Source of the DNA: an uncultured delta proteobacterium
GTDB taxonomy: Bacteria; Desulfobacterota; Desulfuromonadia; Geobacterales; DSM-12255
DNA: 64,000 nucleotides
NCBI GenBank assembly: GCA_963787125.1
Contig: CAWBBV010000001.1
Span: 640,001 to 704,000 of the forward strand
Direction: 5' to 3'
The position numbers and the translations under genes were made by a program. This document shows, in pieces, positions 23,211-32,160 of this stretch; the stretch's first letter is position 1, and each line of letters opens with the position of its first letter. The notes beneath the pieces were generated by a model, which saw nothing but the letters and a program-made list of their open reading frames with translations, ran no database searches and was not told the DNA's origin.

Positions 23211-24233
23211 ATGCTGATGTTCAAAAAAATTGTTATTTTAGTAAGTGCCTGCCTTATGGCAACCGCCTCACTGGCAGGAGCCGAAACGCTCGTAAACGGC
23301 GCCGGTGCGACTTTCCCTTATCCCCTTTACTCGAAATGGTTCAGCGAGTACGCCAAGATCGATAAATCGGTCAAGTTCAATTACCAGTCCATCGGCAGCG
23401 GCGGCGGCGTCAAGCAGATTACCGCCCAGACCGTTGATTTCGGCGCCTCAGACGCCTTTCTCTCCGATGCGCAGCTGAACGCCGCCCCGGGCAAGCTGCT
23501 CCATATCCCGACTGTCATGGGGGCGGTTGTCGTTACCTATAATCTTCCGGGCGTAGCCAAAGGGCTGAAGCTTAACTCGGAAGATGTAGCCAATATTTTT
23601 CTCGGCAAGATCACCAAATGGAATGACAAGCGAATTGCCGATGACAACCCTGGAGTGAATCTTCCGGACAAGGCAATCATCGTTGTCCACCGCTCTGACG
23701 GTAGCGGCACTACCAGTATCTTCACCGATTATCTTTCGGGTGTAAGCAACGAATGGACCCAGAAAGTAGGCAAGGGAACCGCTGTCAAGTGGCCGGTCGG
23801 TCTTGGCGGCAAAGGAAACGAAGGGGTAGCCGGACAGGTAAAGACCACCCAGTACACTATTGGCTATGTAGAGCTTGCCTATGCCTTTGAAAACAAACTC
23901 CCTTTTGCCACCCTGAAGAACGTGGCAGGCAGTTGGGTCGAACCATCCATCCAGAGCACCAGCTCTGCTGCCGCTGCTGCTATCAAGCATATGCCTGCTG
24001 ACTACCGGATCTCCCTCGTCAACCAGCCGGCAAAAGATGCCTACCCGATTGTCGGTTTTACCTGGTTGCTGGTGTATCAGGATCAGAAAGACAAGGTTAA
24101 AGGTAAAAAGATTGTCGAGTTCCTCAACTGGAGCCTCCATAAAGGCCAGAAGATGGCAGCACCGATGCTGTATGCGCCGCTGCCGGAAAGTGTTCTGAAA
24201 ATGGTTGAAAAGACAATCAAGACGATCAACTAG
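23211..24233 (+). CDS. pstS: Phosphate ABC transporter substrate-binding protein
   Basis: GAGATFPYPLY, NYQSIGSGGG, VHRSDGSGTT, GGKGNEGV. Confidence 0.98.
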   Translation: MLMFKKIVILVSACLMATASLAGAETLVNGAGATFPYPLYSKWFSEYAKIDKSVKFNYQSIGSGGGVKQITAQTVDFGASDAFLSDAQLNAAPGKLLHIPTVMGAVVVTYNLPGVAKGLKLNSEDVANIFLGKITKWNDKRIADDNPGVNLPDKAIIVVHRSDGSGTTSIFTDYLSGVSNEWTQKVGKGTAVKWPVGLGGKGNEGVAGQVKTTQYTIGYVELAYAFENKLPFATLKNVAGSWVEPSIQSTSSAAAAAIKHMPADYRISLVNQPAKDAYPIVGFTWLLVYQDQKDKVKGKKIVEFLNWSLHKGQKMAAPMLYAPLPESVLKMVEKTIKTIN

Positions 24234-24253
24234 AAGTTTTTTCAAATAAGGTC

Positions 24254-24290
24254 AGCCCGGACGGATGCAGCCATCGTCCGGGCTTTTTTT
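24254..24290 (+). terminator. Intra-operon hairpin + U tract between pstS and pstC
   Basis: AGCCCGGACG / CGTCCGGGCT followed by T run; would bias expression towards pstS. Confidence 0.8.
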
Positions 24291-24312
24291 CGCTAAATGG
24301 AGTGTTACAGCC

Positions 24313-25305
24313 ATGCAACAACATGATTCTGCCGGTTCGGGAAAAGCTTTGGCTACGGGTAGCGACTCTGCCGCGGCAAATCGCAGAGGAGTTGACGGCG
24401 ATCGGCTTTACCGTTGGCTGACCGCTGCGTTTGCCGCGGCTATTCTGCTGATCCTTGCTCTGATGATCTATGAGATGACCAGGGAGAGTCTCCCTTCCAT
24501 CGCCAAATCCGGCTGGAGTTTTCTTTCGGGAAGTAACTGGGATGCCGTGCAGGAAGACTTTGCCGCACTGCCGTTTCTCTACGGTTCGGTCGTCTCATCC
24601 ATCCTGGCCATCCTCCTTGCTACCCCCTTAAGCGTTGCTACGGCCCTGTTTATAACAGAAGTGGCCCCGCAGAAATTTGGCGGAATTGTTGCGACACTGA
24701 TCGAGCTATTGGCGGCGATTCCCAGCGTTATCTACGGTCTCTGGGGGATTCTGGTGATGGCGCCCTGGCTGCAGAAGAGTGTTCAGCCCTGGCTTGTGGA
24801 CCACTTTGGTTTTCTCCCGTTTTTCAACGGCGCTCCGTACGGGGTCAGCATGATGGCCGGAGTGCTGATTCTGGCGATCATGATTGTGCCCATTATCACC
24901 GCTATCAGCCGGGAAGTGCTGCTGGCTGTGCCCCAAAGCCAGCGGGAGGCGGCAGTCGCCCTTGGCGCCACCAAGTGGGAAACGATCAAGATAGCGGTAC
25001 TCCCCTATGGCCGCTCCGGGATTCTTGGCGGAGTCATTCTCGGTCTGGGAAGAGCAATCGGCGAAACCATGGCTGTAACCATGGTGATCGGTAATACCCC
25101 GCAGATCTCACTATCGCTCCTTTCGCCTGCCTATACTATGCCGAGTGTTATCGCCAATGAATTTGCCGAAGCCACTAACAAGCTGCACTCCTCAGCCCTG
25201 ATGGAAATCGGCCTGATGCTGCTGGTGATGACTTTGATCATTAATGCCTTTGCCAGGATTCTTATCTGGAAAGTAACCAAGGGTCATAAGGGGGGGATGG
25301 TCTAA
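24313..25305 (+). CDS. pstC: Phosphate ABC transporter permease PstC
   Basis: ELLAAIPSVIYGLWG, LGLGRAIGETMAV; start placed at ATG 24313. Confidence 0.97.
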   Translation: MQQHDSAGSGKALATGSDSAAANRRGVDGDRLYRWLTAAFAAAILLILALMIYEMTRESLPSIAKSGWSFLSGSNWDAVQEDFAALPFLYGSVVSSILAILLATPLSVATALFITEVAPQKFGGIVATLIELLAAIPSVIYGLWGILVMAPWLQKSVQPWLVDHFGFLPFFNGAPYGVSMMAGVLILAIMIVPIITAISREVLLAVPQSQREAAVALGATKWETIKIAVLPYGRSGILGGVILGLGRAIGETMAVTMVIGNTPQISLSLLSPAYTMPSVIANEFAEATNKLHSSALMEIGLMLLVMTLIINAFARILIWKVTKGHKGGMV

Positions 25306-26144
25306 TGCAGAATCTTTCCTTTCGGCACGGCAAGAGTTACACCGCAACAGCGTTGATGCTTTTGGCGACTTTTATTGTTCTAACGCCGTTGTGTCTCATT
25401 TTTATTCACATTTTGAAGATGGGGTTCAGTTCACTTTCGCTCGATTTTTTTACCCAGATTCCCAAGCCTACCGGTGAAAGTGGCGGCGGCATGGCTAACG
25501 GACTTTTCGGCTCGGCTTTATTGATAGCGCTTGCTTCCTGTCTCGGTCTGCCGATAGGGATTCTGGGAGCGATCTATCTTACCGAGTTTGCCGGCGGTCG
25601 GCTGGCTACAGTTATCAGATTCAGCGCTGACGTCCTCGCCGGGATTCCGTCCATAATCACCGGCATGGTTGCCTACACAATGCTGGTGCTCCCCATGAAA
25701 GGTTTTTCGGCTCTTGCCGGAGCTGTCGCCTTGTCGCTGATAATGATTCCGATTGTCCTGCGGACAACTGAGGAACAGCTAAAAATGGTGCCGGGAACGC
25801 TGCGCGAAGCATCACTGGCACTGGGAGTGCCCTTGTGGCGAACCAGCCTGAAGGTTATTCTGAAAAGTGCCAGTAAAGGGGTTGTTACCGGAATACTCCT
25901 GGCAGTTGCCAGAGTCGCCGGCGAAACAGCGCCGCTGCTCTTTACCGCCCTTGGCAACCAGTTCTGGAGTCGTAAACTTACCGAGCCGATAGCGGCGCTG
26001 CCGCTGCAGATTTTCAGCTTTGCCATTGCTCCGTACGACGACTGGCATAAGCTGGCCTGGGCAGGTGCGCTGGTTCTGGTGGTAATCATGTTTACCCTGA
26101 ATCTGGGTGCACGTCTCCTGGGCAGACAGAAGAAATATTCGTGA
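25305..26144 (+). CDS. pstA: Phosphate ABC transporter permease PstA
   Basis: [30 protein letters not shown]. Confidence 0.97.
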   Translation: MQNLSFRHGKSYTATALMLLATFIVLTPLCLIFIHILKMGFSSLSLDFFTQIPKPTGESGGGMANGLFGSALLIALASCLGLPIGILGAIYLTEFAGGRLATVIRFSADVLAGIPSIITGMVAYTMLVLPMKGFSALAGAVALSLIMIPIVLRTTEEQLKMVPGTLREASLALGVPLWRTSLKVILKSASKGVVTGILLAVARVAGETAPLLFTALGNQFWSRKLTEPIAALPLQIFSFAIAPYDDWHKLAWAGALVLVVIMFTLNLGARLLGRQKKYS

Positions 26145-26151
26145 GGAAAAA

Positions 26152-26910
26152 ATGAACGCAATTATCAAACTTGAAAATATGAGTGTCCATTTCGGGACTA
26201 ATCATGCGGTAAATGATGTTTCCCTTGATTTTATCGAGAACAGTGTCACAGCGATAATCGGTCCTTCAGGCTGTGGTAAATCGACCCTGCTGCGCTCCAT
26301 AAACCGGATGCATGATCTTGTCCCTTCTGCCAAGGTTAGCGGGCGGATCCTTTTCGATGGCCGGGATCTTTATGATCGCTCCGTCGATCCGGTAGCGGTG
26401 CGGCGCAAGATCGGCATGGTTTTTCAGAAACCTAATCCGTTTCCGGCCATGAATATTTATGATAATGTTGTGGCCGGGTACAAATTAAATAACCGTATGA
26501 AGCGCAGTGATGCCGACGAGATCGTCGAAACCTGCCTGAAGCGGGTTGCTCTTTGGGATGAAGTCAAGGACCGGCTTAAAACCAGCGCTGTCGATCTCTC
26601 CGGCGGCCAGCAGCAAAGGCTCTGTATCGCCAGAACCATTGCCGTCCAGCCGGAAGTGATCCTGATGGACGAGCCCTGCTCGGCCCTTGATCCGATTGCC
26701 ACCCTCAAGATTGAGGAGTTGGTCGAAGAGCTTAAAGAGCGCTTCACCATCATCATCGTGACGCACAACATGCAGCAGGCCGCCAGAGTTTCTGACGCCA
26801 CCGCTTTTATGTATATGGGTGAGCTTATCGAAAGCGGGCCGACCAAGAAGATTTTTACTACTCCGGAGAGGAAGCAGACTGAAGATTATATTACCGGGCG
26901 TTTTGGCTAA
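26152..26910 (+). CDS. pstB: Phosphate ABC transporter ATPase PstB
   Basis: [43 protein letters not shown]. Confidence 0.98.
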   Translation: MNAIIKLENMSVHFGTNHAVNDVSLDFIENSVTAIIGPSGCGKSTLLRSINRMHDLVPSAKVSGRILFDGRDLYDRSVDPVAVRRKIGMVFQKPNPFPAMNIYDNVVAGYKLNNRMKRSDADEIVETCLKRVALWDEVKDRLKTSAVDLSGGQQQRLCIARTIAVQPEVILMDEPCSALDPIATLKIEELVEELKERFTIIIVTHNMQQAARVSDATAFMYMGELIESGPTKKIFTTPERKQTEDYITGRFG

Positions 26911-26919
26911 AAAGGCGGG

Positions 26920-26954
26920 AACAGTGAACTGTAAACTGTGAACTGTGAACTGTA
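26920..26954. repeat. Heptamer tandem repeat (AACTGTR) x5
   Basis: AACAGTG AACTGTA AACTGTG AACTGTG AACTGTA. Confidence 0.9.
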
Positions 26955-26997
26955 ACATCTATAAAAACATCGGTTGGGTATGGTTTTAGCTTTTACT

Positions 26998-27025
26998 GAT
27001 TCCGGATCCCGGATCCCGATTCACG
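26998..27025. repeat. Heptamer tandem repeat (GATYCCG) x3-4
   Basis: GATTCCG GATCCCG GATCCCG ATTCACG immediately before the phoU RBS. Confidence 0.75.
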
Positions 27026-27036
27026 AGGTTCAATAA

Positions 27037-27708
27037 ATGGAAAGAGAACATTTCAGCAAACAGTATGACGCCGAGTTGAAAAACATCAGGGAAAAGCTTC
27101 TGGAGATGGGGGGCAAGGTCGAGCTGATGATCAATGATGCCCTTAAGGCGCTTGTGGAGCGGGATTCCGCCCTGGCTGACAGGGTTATTATCTATGACCA
27201 CGAGATTAACCGGCTGGAGATGCATATCGATGAGAAGTGTCTTGAGGTGCTGGCGCTGCGGCAGCCAGCAGCCCGGGATCTCCGTTTCATTACCCTGGCG
27301 CTGAAGATCGTCACCGATCTTGAGCGGATTGGCGATCAGTGCCGCAATATCGGCAAACGTGTCAAGGAGTTGAACGAAGAGCCCCCCTTGAAACCTTATA
27401 TCGATCTGCCGAGAATGGCCACCTGGGCCGGTGTTATGGTGAAAGAGGCGCTGGATGCCTTTGTGCGCGGCGACGCTGACCTGGCTATCAAGGTTTGCCG
27501 GGATGACGACTTTGTCGATCAACTCAACGAGCAGATTCAGCGGGAACTCCTGACCTTCATGAGCGAAGACGCCAGCACCATCAGCCGTTCCCTGAAAATC
27601 ATCTATGTCTCTAAATGTCTGGAGCGTATTGCCGATCATGCCACCAACGTGGCGGAGATGGTTATTTTCATGGTCAAAGGGAAGGATATCAGGCATACAG
27701 AGGTGTAG
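27037..27708 (+). CDS. phoU: Phosphate signalling protein PhoU
   Basis: RQPAARDLR, TDLERIGD, LERIADHATNVAE. Confidence 0.98.
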   Translation: MEREHFSKQYDAELKNIREKLLEMGGKVELMINDALKALVERDSALADRVIIYDHEINRLEMHIDEKCLEVLALRQPAARDLRFITLALKIVTDLERIGDQCRNIGKRVKELNEEPPLKPYIDLPRMATWAGVMVKEALDAFVRGDADLAIKVCRDDDFVDQLNEQIQRELLTFMSEDASTISRSLKIIYVSKCLERIADHATNVAEMVIFMVKGKDIRHTEV

Positions 27709-27716
27709 TCGCAGGG

Positions 27717-27758
27717 TTTAAATAGCTGGCTTTAAGTAGCTGGCTTTAAGTAGCTGGC
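27717..27758. repeat. 14-bp tandem repeat x3
   Basis: TTTAAATAGCTGGC TTTAAGTAGCTGGC TTTAAGTAGCTGGC. Confidence 0.92.
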
Positions 27759-27768
27759 TTGCCTTGAT

Positions 27769-27799
27769 AAGGTCTGAAAACGTTCTGTTTTCAGACCTT
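27769..27799. terminator. Probable bidirectional terminator between phoU and EAL gene
   Basis: AAGGTCTGAAAAC / GTTTTCAGACCTT perfect 13-bp stem between convergent genes. Confidence 0.8.
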
Positions 27800-27807
27800 G
27801 TTTTGTT

Positions 27808-29112
27808 TCAGCTGCAAAGGGGATTTGCTGATGGTTTGGCCAGCAGATACCCCTGGCCGAAATGGATGCCGATCGTTTGCAGATATGCCAGTTCTTCAGG
27901 CCGCTCTATCCCCTCGGCAATGACTTGCGCCCCGATTTTATTGCAGAAAGTTACCAGACATTCGACCAGCGCCTGTTTCGTAGAGGATTGATCGATATTG
28001 GCGATCAGGAATCTGGCCAGCTTCACGTACTCGGGTTCAAGACTTGCCAGCATCTGCAGGCCTGCATAGCCGGAACCCAGATCATCAATGGCGATTGAAT
28101 ACCCCTGCTCCCGGTAATGAGCCACTCCCCGCAGGAACAGATCATAATCTTCAATGACCGTTCTTTCCGTCAGTTCAAAGACAATCCGGGAACGCTCGAT
28201 CTGCAGCTCATCCAGAAGACTCGCCGTCAGGCCCCGTTCGTGGTCGCTGGACTGGAAAAGGGCCGGACTGACATTGAGGAATATCTTGCCGGGAATCTCC
28301 AGATTTCTGACATTGCCGAGCGCTTTTTTCCGACAGAGGATCTCCAGCGCCGAAGCGAGTCCATACGCTCCCGATTTGGCGAACAGCTCTTCGGTATTGT
28401 CGATGATGCCGGGCCGGCTGACGCGACTCAAGGCTTCATAACCATAGACTGTGCCGCTCTCCAGGTGTACGACCGGCTGATAGACCGGCGTGATCAGCTC
28501 GCAGCTGATGATCTTTTCAATGGCGGCCAGTTCGCTATTGTGGCCGCTTTCGGGCTGAACCGGCGCGCCGAAGAGTTCCTGAAACGCCCTGAAGAGGGCG
28601 TTATCACTGCTCTCACCGATCCGGTTGGTGAGGTAGACCCCCTCAACCTTGATGGAGACTTCGCGGTCGCTGCCAAGGGGGAGAATCTGTCTGGCCATGA
28701 GCGTATGCTCGTCAAGCAGCGCGAGTTCGGCCTGCATCAGGGCAAGGTCCTGGCGAAACAGCCGGTCATCGTAGACGCTAACAGGCACCAAGAGGAGAAA
28801 AAAGTCCTTCATCCCTGACTTGTAAGCCCCCGCAACCCGTCCGGACAGTTGGCGTCCCAGTTTACGGAGCAGAATTGCTACCCTGCTCATAAGGTCGTCG
28901 GGGAGAAATTCACCATAGTTAAGATGGATGGCGACAATGCCGGCATGGCCTGATTTTTCCAGAGTGGCTTTAAAGGTGGTAAACAGGTGCGTACAGTCGC
29001 CGATGGACTCTTCAAGCCGCGGTTGCCGTACCGACGCTAGCGGAAGTGACGGCAGGGGAGGCAGGACGTGACTACTCCCCCCCGGGTAGCCTACCATCTG
29101 CATAGCCATCAT
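27808..29112 (-). CDS. EAL-domain c-di-GMP phosphodiesterase with unassigned (possibly degenerate GGDEF-like) N-terminal region
   Basis: YQPVV, GYEALSR, FLNVSP, FELTE, IAIDDLGSGY, IAEGIE, GQGY. Confidence 0.9.
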   Translation of the reverse strand: MMAMQMVGYPGGSSHVLPPLPSLPLASVRQPRLEESIGDCTHLFTTFKATLEKSGHAGIVAIHLNYGEFLPDDLMSRVAILLRKLGRQLSGRVAGAYKSGMKDFFLLLVPVSVYDDRLFRQDLALMQAELALLDEHTLMARQILPLGSDREVSIKVEGVYLTNRIGESSDNALFRAFQELFGAPVQPESGHNSELAAIEKIISCELITPVYQPVVHLESGTVYGYEALSRVSRPGIIDNTEELFAKSGAYGLASALEILCRKKALGNVRNLEIPGKIFLNVSPALFQSSDHERGLTASLLDELQIERSRIVFELTERTVIEDYDLFLRGVAHYREQGYSIAIDDLGSGYAGLQMLASLEPEYVKLARFLIANIDQSSTKQALVECLVTFCNKIGAQVIAEGIERPEELAYLQTIGIHFGQGYLLAKPSANPLCS

Positions 29113-29276
29113 TTTTCATCCAGCAGGGCAAAAAGATGCTCGCCGAAATATTCCCTGTTGGCCTGGCGATATTCATCGCGCAGTTCACGGAATTTGGCTA
29201 TGGATGAGTCCAGGTCTTTCAGTCCGGAAGCTTCGGAAAATGTGACTTTTTTGAAGTTGAAAAATAATAACTTCAT
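29109..29276 (-). CDS. Unannotated 55-aa protein (below ORF-track cutoff)
   Basis: AAGGAG RBS, ATG 29276, MKLLFFNFKKVTFSEASGLKDLDSSIAKFRELRDEYRQANREYFGEHLFALLDEK*, ATGA overlap with EAL start. Confidence 0.72.
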   Translation of the reverse strand: MKLLFFNFKKVTFSEASGLKDLDSSIAKFRELRDEYRQANREYFGEHLFALLDEK

Positions 29277-29288
29277 TTTTGGATCTCC

Positions 29289-29600
29289 TTATTTTTCGTG
29301 ACTGGCCAGCATGAAGATGCCGGTCATTTTGAAAAGTATCGTGTTGGTCGGATTCAACTGCCGCAGAAAAATCTCGGCCTTTTTTTCGTCGCGAATATTC
29401 TTGAAGCAGCGGAGCAGTAGAGCTATTCCCATGGAATTTATCCGCCCGGCCTGACTGAAATCGATGCGGACAACCTGATTGCTCACCATGGCGGGAAGTC
29501 CCTGCAGCTCTTTTTCGGCAGCAGCATCGATGTTGCCGTGCAGCTCAATGTGGTCAATTAGCTCCGCAGAGCGGGCGGTGATTTTGAATAAATCAGCCAT
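29289..29600 (-). CDS. STAS-domain anti-anti-sigma-like protein
   Basis: LHGNID, IDFSQAGRINSMGIALL (phosphoacceptor Ser), LFKMTG. Confidence 0.88.
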   Translation of the reverse strand: MADLFKITARSAELIDHIELHGNIDAAAEKELQGLPAMVSNQVVRIDFSQAGRINSMGIALLLRCFKNIRDEKKAEIFLRQLNPTNTILFKMTGIFMLASHEK

Positions 29601-29614
29601 GAAACCTCCTTTTG

Positions 29615-30589
29615 TTACAGGTAGTTGTAGTCGGTGGAAATGGAAAACCCTTTGGGGCTTTCACAGTCGAGTGGCGAAGAGGCTTTGAGATGCCCGCCGA
29701 GCACTGTCTGCATGCCGGGGAGGATATTCACATGCAGATGGTCCAGAAATCGCCAGATAATGAAAAGTCCGCGGCCGCCGACTTCTTCCTGCGCCGTCTC
29801 CATGCCATCTTGATTACGCGCCAGAAAATCGACGACCATCCCCGGCGCCAGGGTTCCCCAGCCGTCGGTAATTTCCATGGCCAGAGTCTCGCCGTCAAAG
29901 GCGAAGCGAAATTTTATCTTTTCGTCGGCGTCTATGGCCCGATTCTCTCCCTTACTGTAAAGCTTTCTGCCGTCATCACCCTGAGGCGCCCCGTAAAGAG
30001 CGTTTTCCACCATTTCGTCTGCCAGCAATGCTGCCCTTTGCCGGAGTAATTCCATCTCCTCGGAATCACCGCTGATAGTGGTTACCAGGGCAGCGATGAG
30101 AGACTCTTTCTCGTTGGACGATGTCAGCGAAAACTCATGAACCGGACTGCCCGCGCTGACATAGTCATGCAACTCCCAGGGAGATCTCACCAGTAGTCTG
30201 GTTATGGCCTCATGCAGAGAAGCAATTCCGCTCTCATCGTCTGCGGTCGGGGTAACAAGCAGATGTCTGATACTGTCGGCTGCGAGCTGTTGGAGTGGCG
30301 GCAATGGGTCTGTTGCCAAGGTAACCAGCAGTATTTCGGCTCCAGGGTATAATTTATTGATTTCTCTGACCAGCTCCGGGCGCGACTCGGGATAAAGCCT
30401 GCTGGAGAGGATCACCAGCGCCGGCTGCAGCTGTAACAGGGCCATTTTTTCACCGAACAGCTTTTGCTCCGGAGGATTGCCAATACATAGCAGCCCGGGA
30501 AGCCCTGTTAACAGGGGCAGGAACGCATCTTCATCAATTACGCTGTTAAATAGTGCCAGGACGAGGTGACGGTCCGTAATGCCCTTCAT
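29615..30589 (-). CDS. RsbW/SpoIIAB-like Ser kinase (HATPase_c) with receiver-like N-terminal domain
   Basis: N box ADEMVENALY, G1 ITDGWG, G2 GGRGLFII; start ATG 30589 behind AAGGAGG. Confidence 0.8.
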   Translation of the reverse strand: MKGITDRHLVLALFNSVIDEDAFLPLLTGLPGLLCIGNPPEQKLFGEKMALLQLQPALVILSSRLYPESRPELVREINKLYPGAEILLVTLATDPLPPLQQLAADSIRHLLVTPTADDESGIASLHEAITRLLVRSPWELHDYVSAGSPVHEFSLTSSNEKESLIAALVTTISGDSEEMELLRQRAALLADEMVENALYGAPQGDDGRKLYSKGENRAIDADEKIKFRFAFDGETLAMEITDGWGTLAPGMVVDFLARNQDGMETAQEEVGGRGLFIIWRFLDHLHVNILPGMQTVLGGHLKASSPLDCESPKGFSISTDYNYL

Positions 30590-30602
30590 AGTGCCTCCTT
30601 GG

Positions 30603-30722
30603 TCCAATCCTAAATCAAAGCGCTATCTTCGTTGGCTCGTCTTCGGCTCCTCAGCGTACTGATGTACTGCTTCGTTGCCTCAATCCTCGCCGCCTTGATT
30701 TCATCTTTGATTTAGAATCGGA
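30603..30722. repeat. About 120-bp MITE/REP-like element with 18-bp terminal inverted repeats
   Basis: TCCAATCCTAAATCAAAG vs reverse complement of CTTTGATTTAGAATCGGA (16/18 identical); fills an intergenic gap. Confidence 0.6.
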
Positions 30723-30723
30723 A

Positions 30724-31917
30724 TTAAATCTCTGTTGCCGCAATCAGCAGGGTTACATCATCTTCAAAGGCCGTGGTTTCCGTAAAGAGTTCCGCTGATC
30801 TCCGTAATAGATTACGCAATTCCAGCGGTGAGTAATCCCCGGCTTTGGCCAGAATCCTCTCCAGGCGCTCATAACCGAATTCTTCTCCTTGCGGGTTTGT
30901 GCATTCCACGATGCCATCGCTGTAAAGAAAAAGGGTATCACCGGGATGGAAATCACAGGTCAACTCCTGGTAAGAACAGTTTTCCTCAAAGCCGAGCGGA
31001 AAGCCGGCCACCTCCTGGATCATTTCAGGAGCAAAATCCCTCCGGCGGATGATGTAGGGGAAGTTATGGCCGGCGTTGGCCAGAATTATTTTATTGGCAG
31101 TGCGATCAATGACAATGATCAGGCAGGTCATCAGCAGGCTCTGGCGGGCGGTGGCCAGGATGGCGTTATTCATGCCGTAGAGCAGCTCTGCCGGAGTTTT
31201 TACTCCAAGGCCTATCAGTGAGTGGAGGCTGGCTTTGGCAGCGGTGGTCACCATGCCTGCCTGCACCCCATGACCGCTGACATCGGCAACTACCAGTCCC
31301 AAAAGATCTTCGCCAAGGGGAAAATAATCATAAAAGTCGCCGCCGATTTCCGATGAAGTAACCACCCCGGCACTGATGCTGATGTCGCCATGACGACACT
31401 CTGCCGGGGGGAGAAGGTCCCGCTGGATCTTGCTCGCCTTGTCAACTTCCGCAGAAATTCTTGCACTGAGTAGTTGCAGAGTGTTGAAAAGCTTCACCTG
31501 GGTTTCCGAGATTTTCATCATCAGATCGGAAACGGCGACGATACCGAGACAGGCGTCAGCCCCAACAACGGGAAAAGAGTCGATCGTCAAGCCGGGGTCA
31601 ACCTCAAGCAGTCTGACCAGGGCGGCGTTGATATCAAGCTCTGCTGCCAGCGCCAGCTGGCTTTCTGCCAACAGCACCCGGATTGCTTTTTTGCCATACA
31701 GGTCAACGGCAAAAGGACGGCCCAGCTGTTCGAAGAAGAGCACCTTGCGGTTGATTACCCCGATGAATTTCCCCTCCGCGCTCACCGGCAGGGCAAGCAG
31801 GGACTGATCCCTCTGGAAGAGCTCCATAACATCTTTTACCTGGGTTGTTGCAACGATCTCCGGCGCAGTGCGCATGATATCGAACAGCGTCGGGACAACT
31901 TGAAGCAGATGATTCAT
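30724..31917 (-). CDS. CBS-pair + SpoIIE/PP2C Ser phosphatase (RsbU-like)
   Basis: N-terminal CBS pair; IQRDLLP, EIGGDFYD, VADVSGHG, ANAGH, LYSDGIVE, DDVTL. Confidence 0.92.
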   Translation of the reverse strand: MNHLLQVVPTLFDIMRTAPEIVATTQVKDVMELFQRDQSLLALPVSAEGKFIGVINRKVLFFEQLGRPFAVDLYGKKAIRVLLAESQLALAAELDINAALVRLLEVDPGLTIDSFPVVGADACLGIVAVSDLMMKISETQVKLFNTLQLLSARISAEVDKASKIQRDLLPPAECRHGDISISAGVVTSSEIGGDFYDYFPLGEDLLGLVVADVSGHGVQAGMVTTAAKASLHSLIGLGVKTPAELLYGMNNAILATARQSLLMTCLIIVIDRTANKIILANAGHNFPYIIRRRDFAPEMIQEVAGFPLGFEENCSYQELTCDFHPGDTLFLYSDGIVECTNPQGEEFGYERLERILAKAGDYSPLELRNLLRRSAELFTETTAFEDDVTLLIAATEI

Positions 31918-31971
31918 ATATCCCCCATTTGTATGACGGGCGGCCGCAGAATGCCCTTTGCAACCCCTAAG

Positions 31972-32027
31972 AAATTAACAGCGCCATGTTGCAGGGAAGT
32001 CTCATTAAAGACAAAATCTCGTGACAA
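31972..32027 (-). promoter_or_regulatory. Putative Pho box array and -10 for the CBS-SpoIIE operon
   Basis: Minus strand TTGTCAC (32027), ATGAGAC (32005), CTGCAAC (31994) in 11-bp phase; TAATTT at +17. Confidence 0.65.
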
Positions 32028-32160
32028 AAAAAGTAAGTGGTGCGGCGCAGACTGGCGCTTGAGCTGCCCGGACGCTGGCTGGTTGCGGGGGTAGCGATTG
32101 TAACAAGAAATTTGCCTGCTCGTGCTGCTACTGTTGCAGAGTCGGTTTATAGTTAAGGGG

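Noticed and set aside
26920..27758. Short repeats as a CRISPR array
   Set aside because: Repeats are contiguous 7/14-mers without unique spacers; no cas genes
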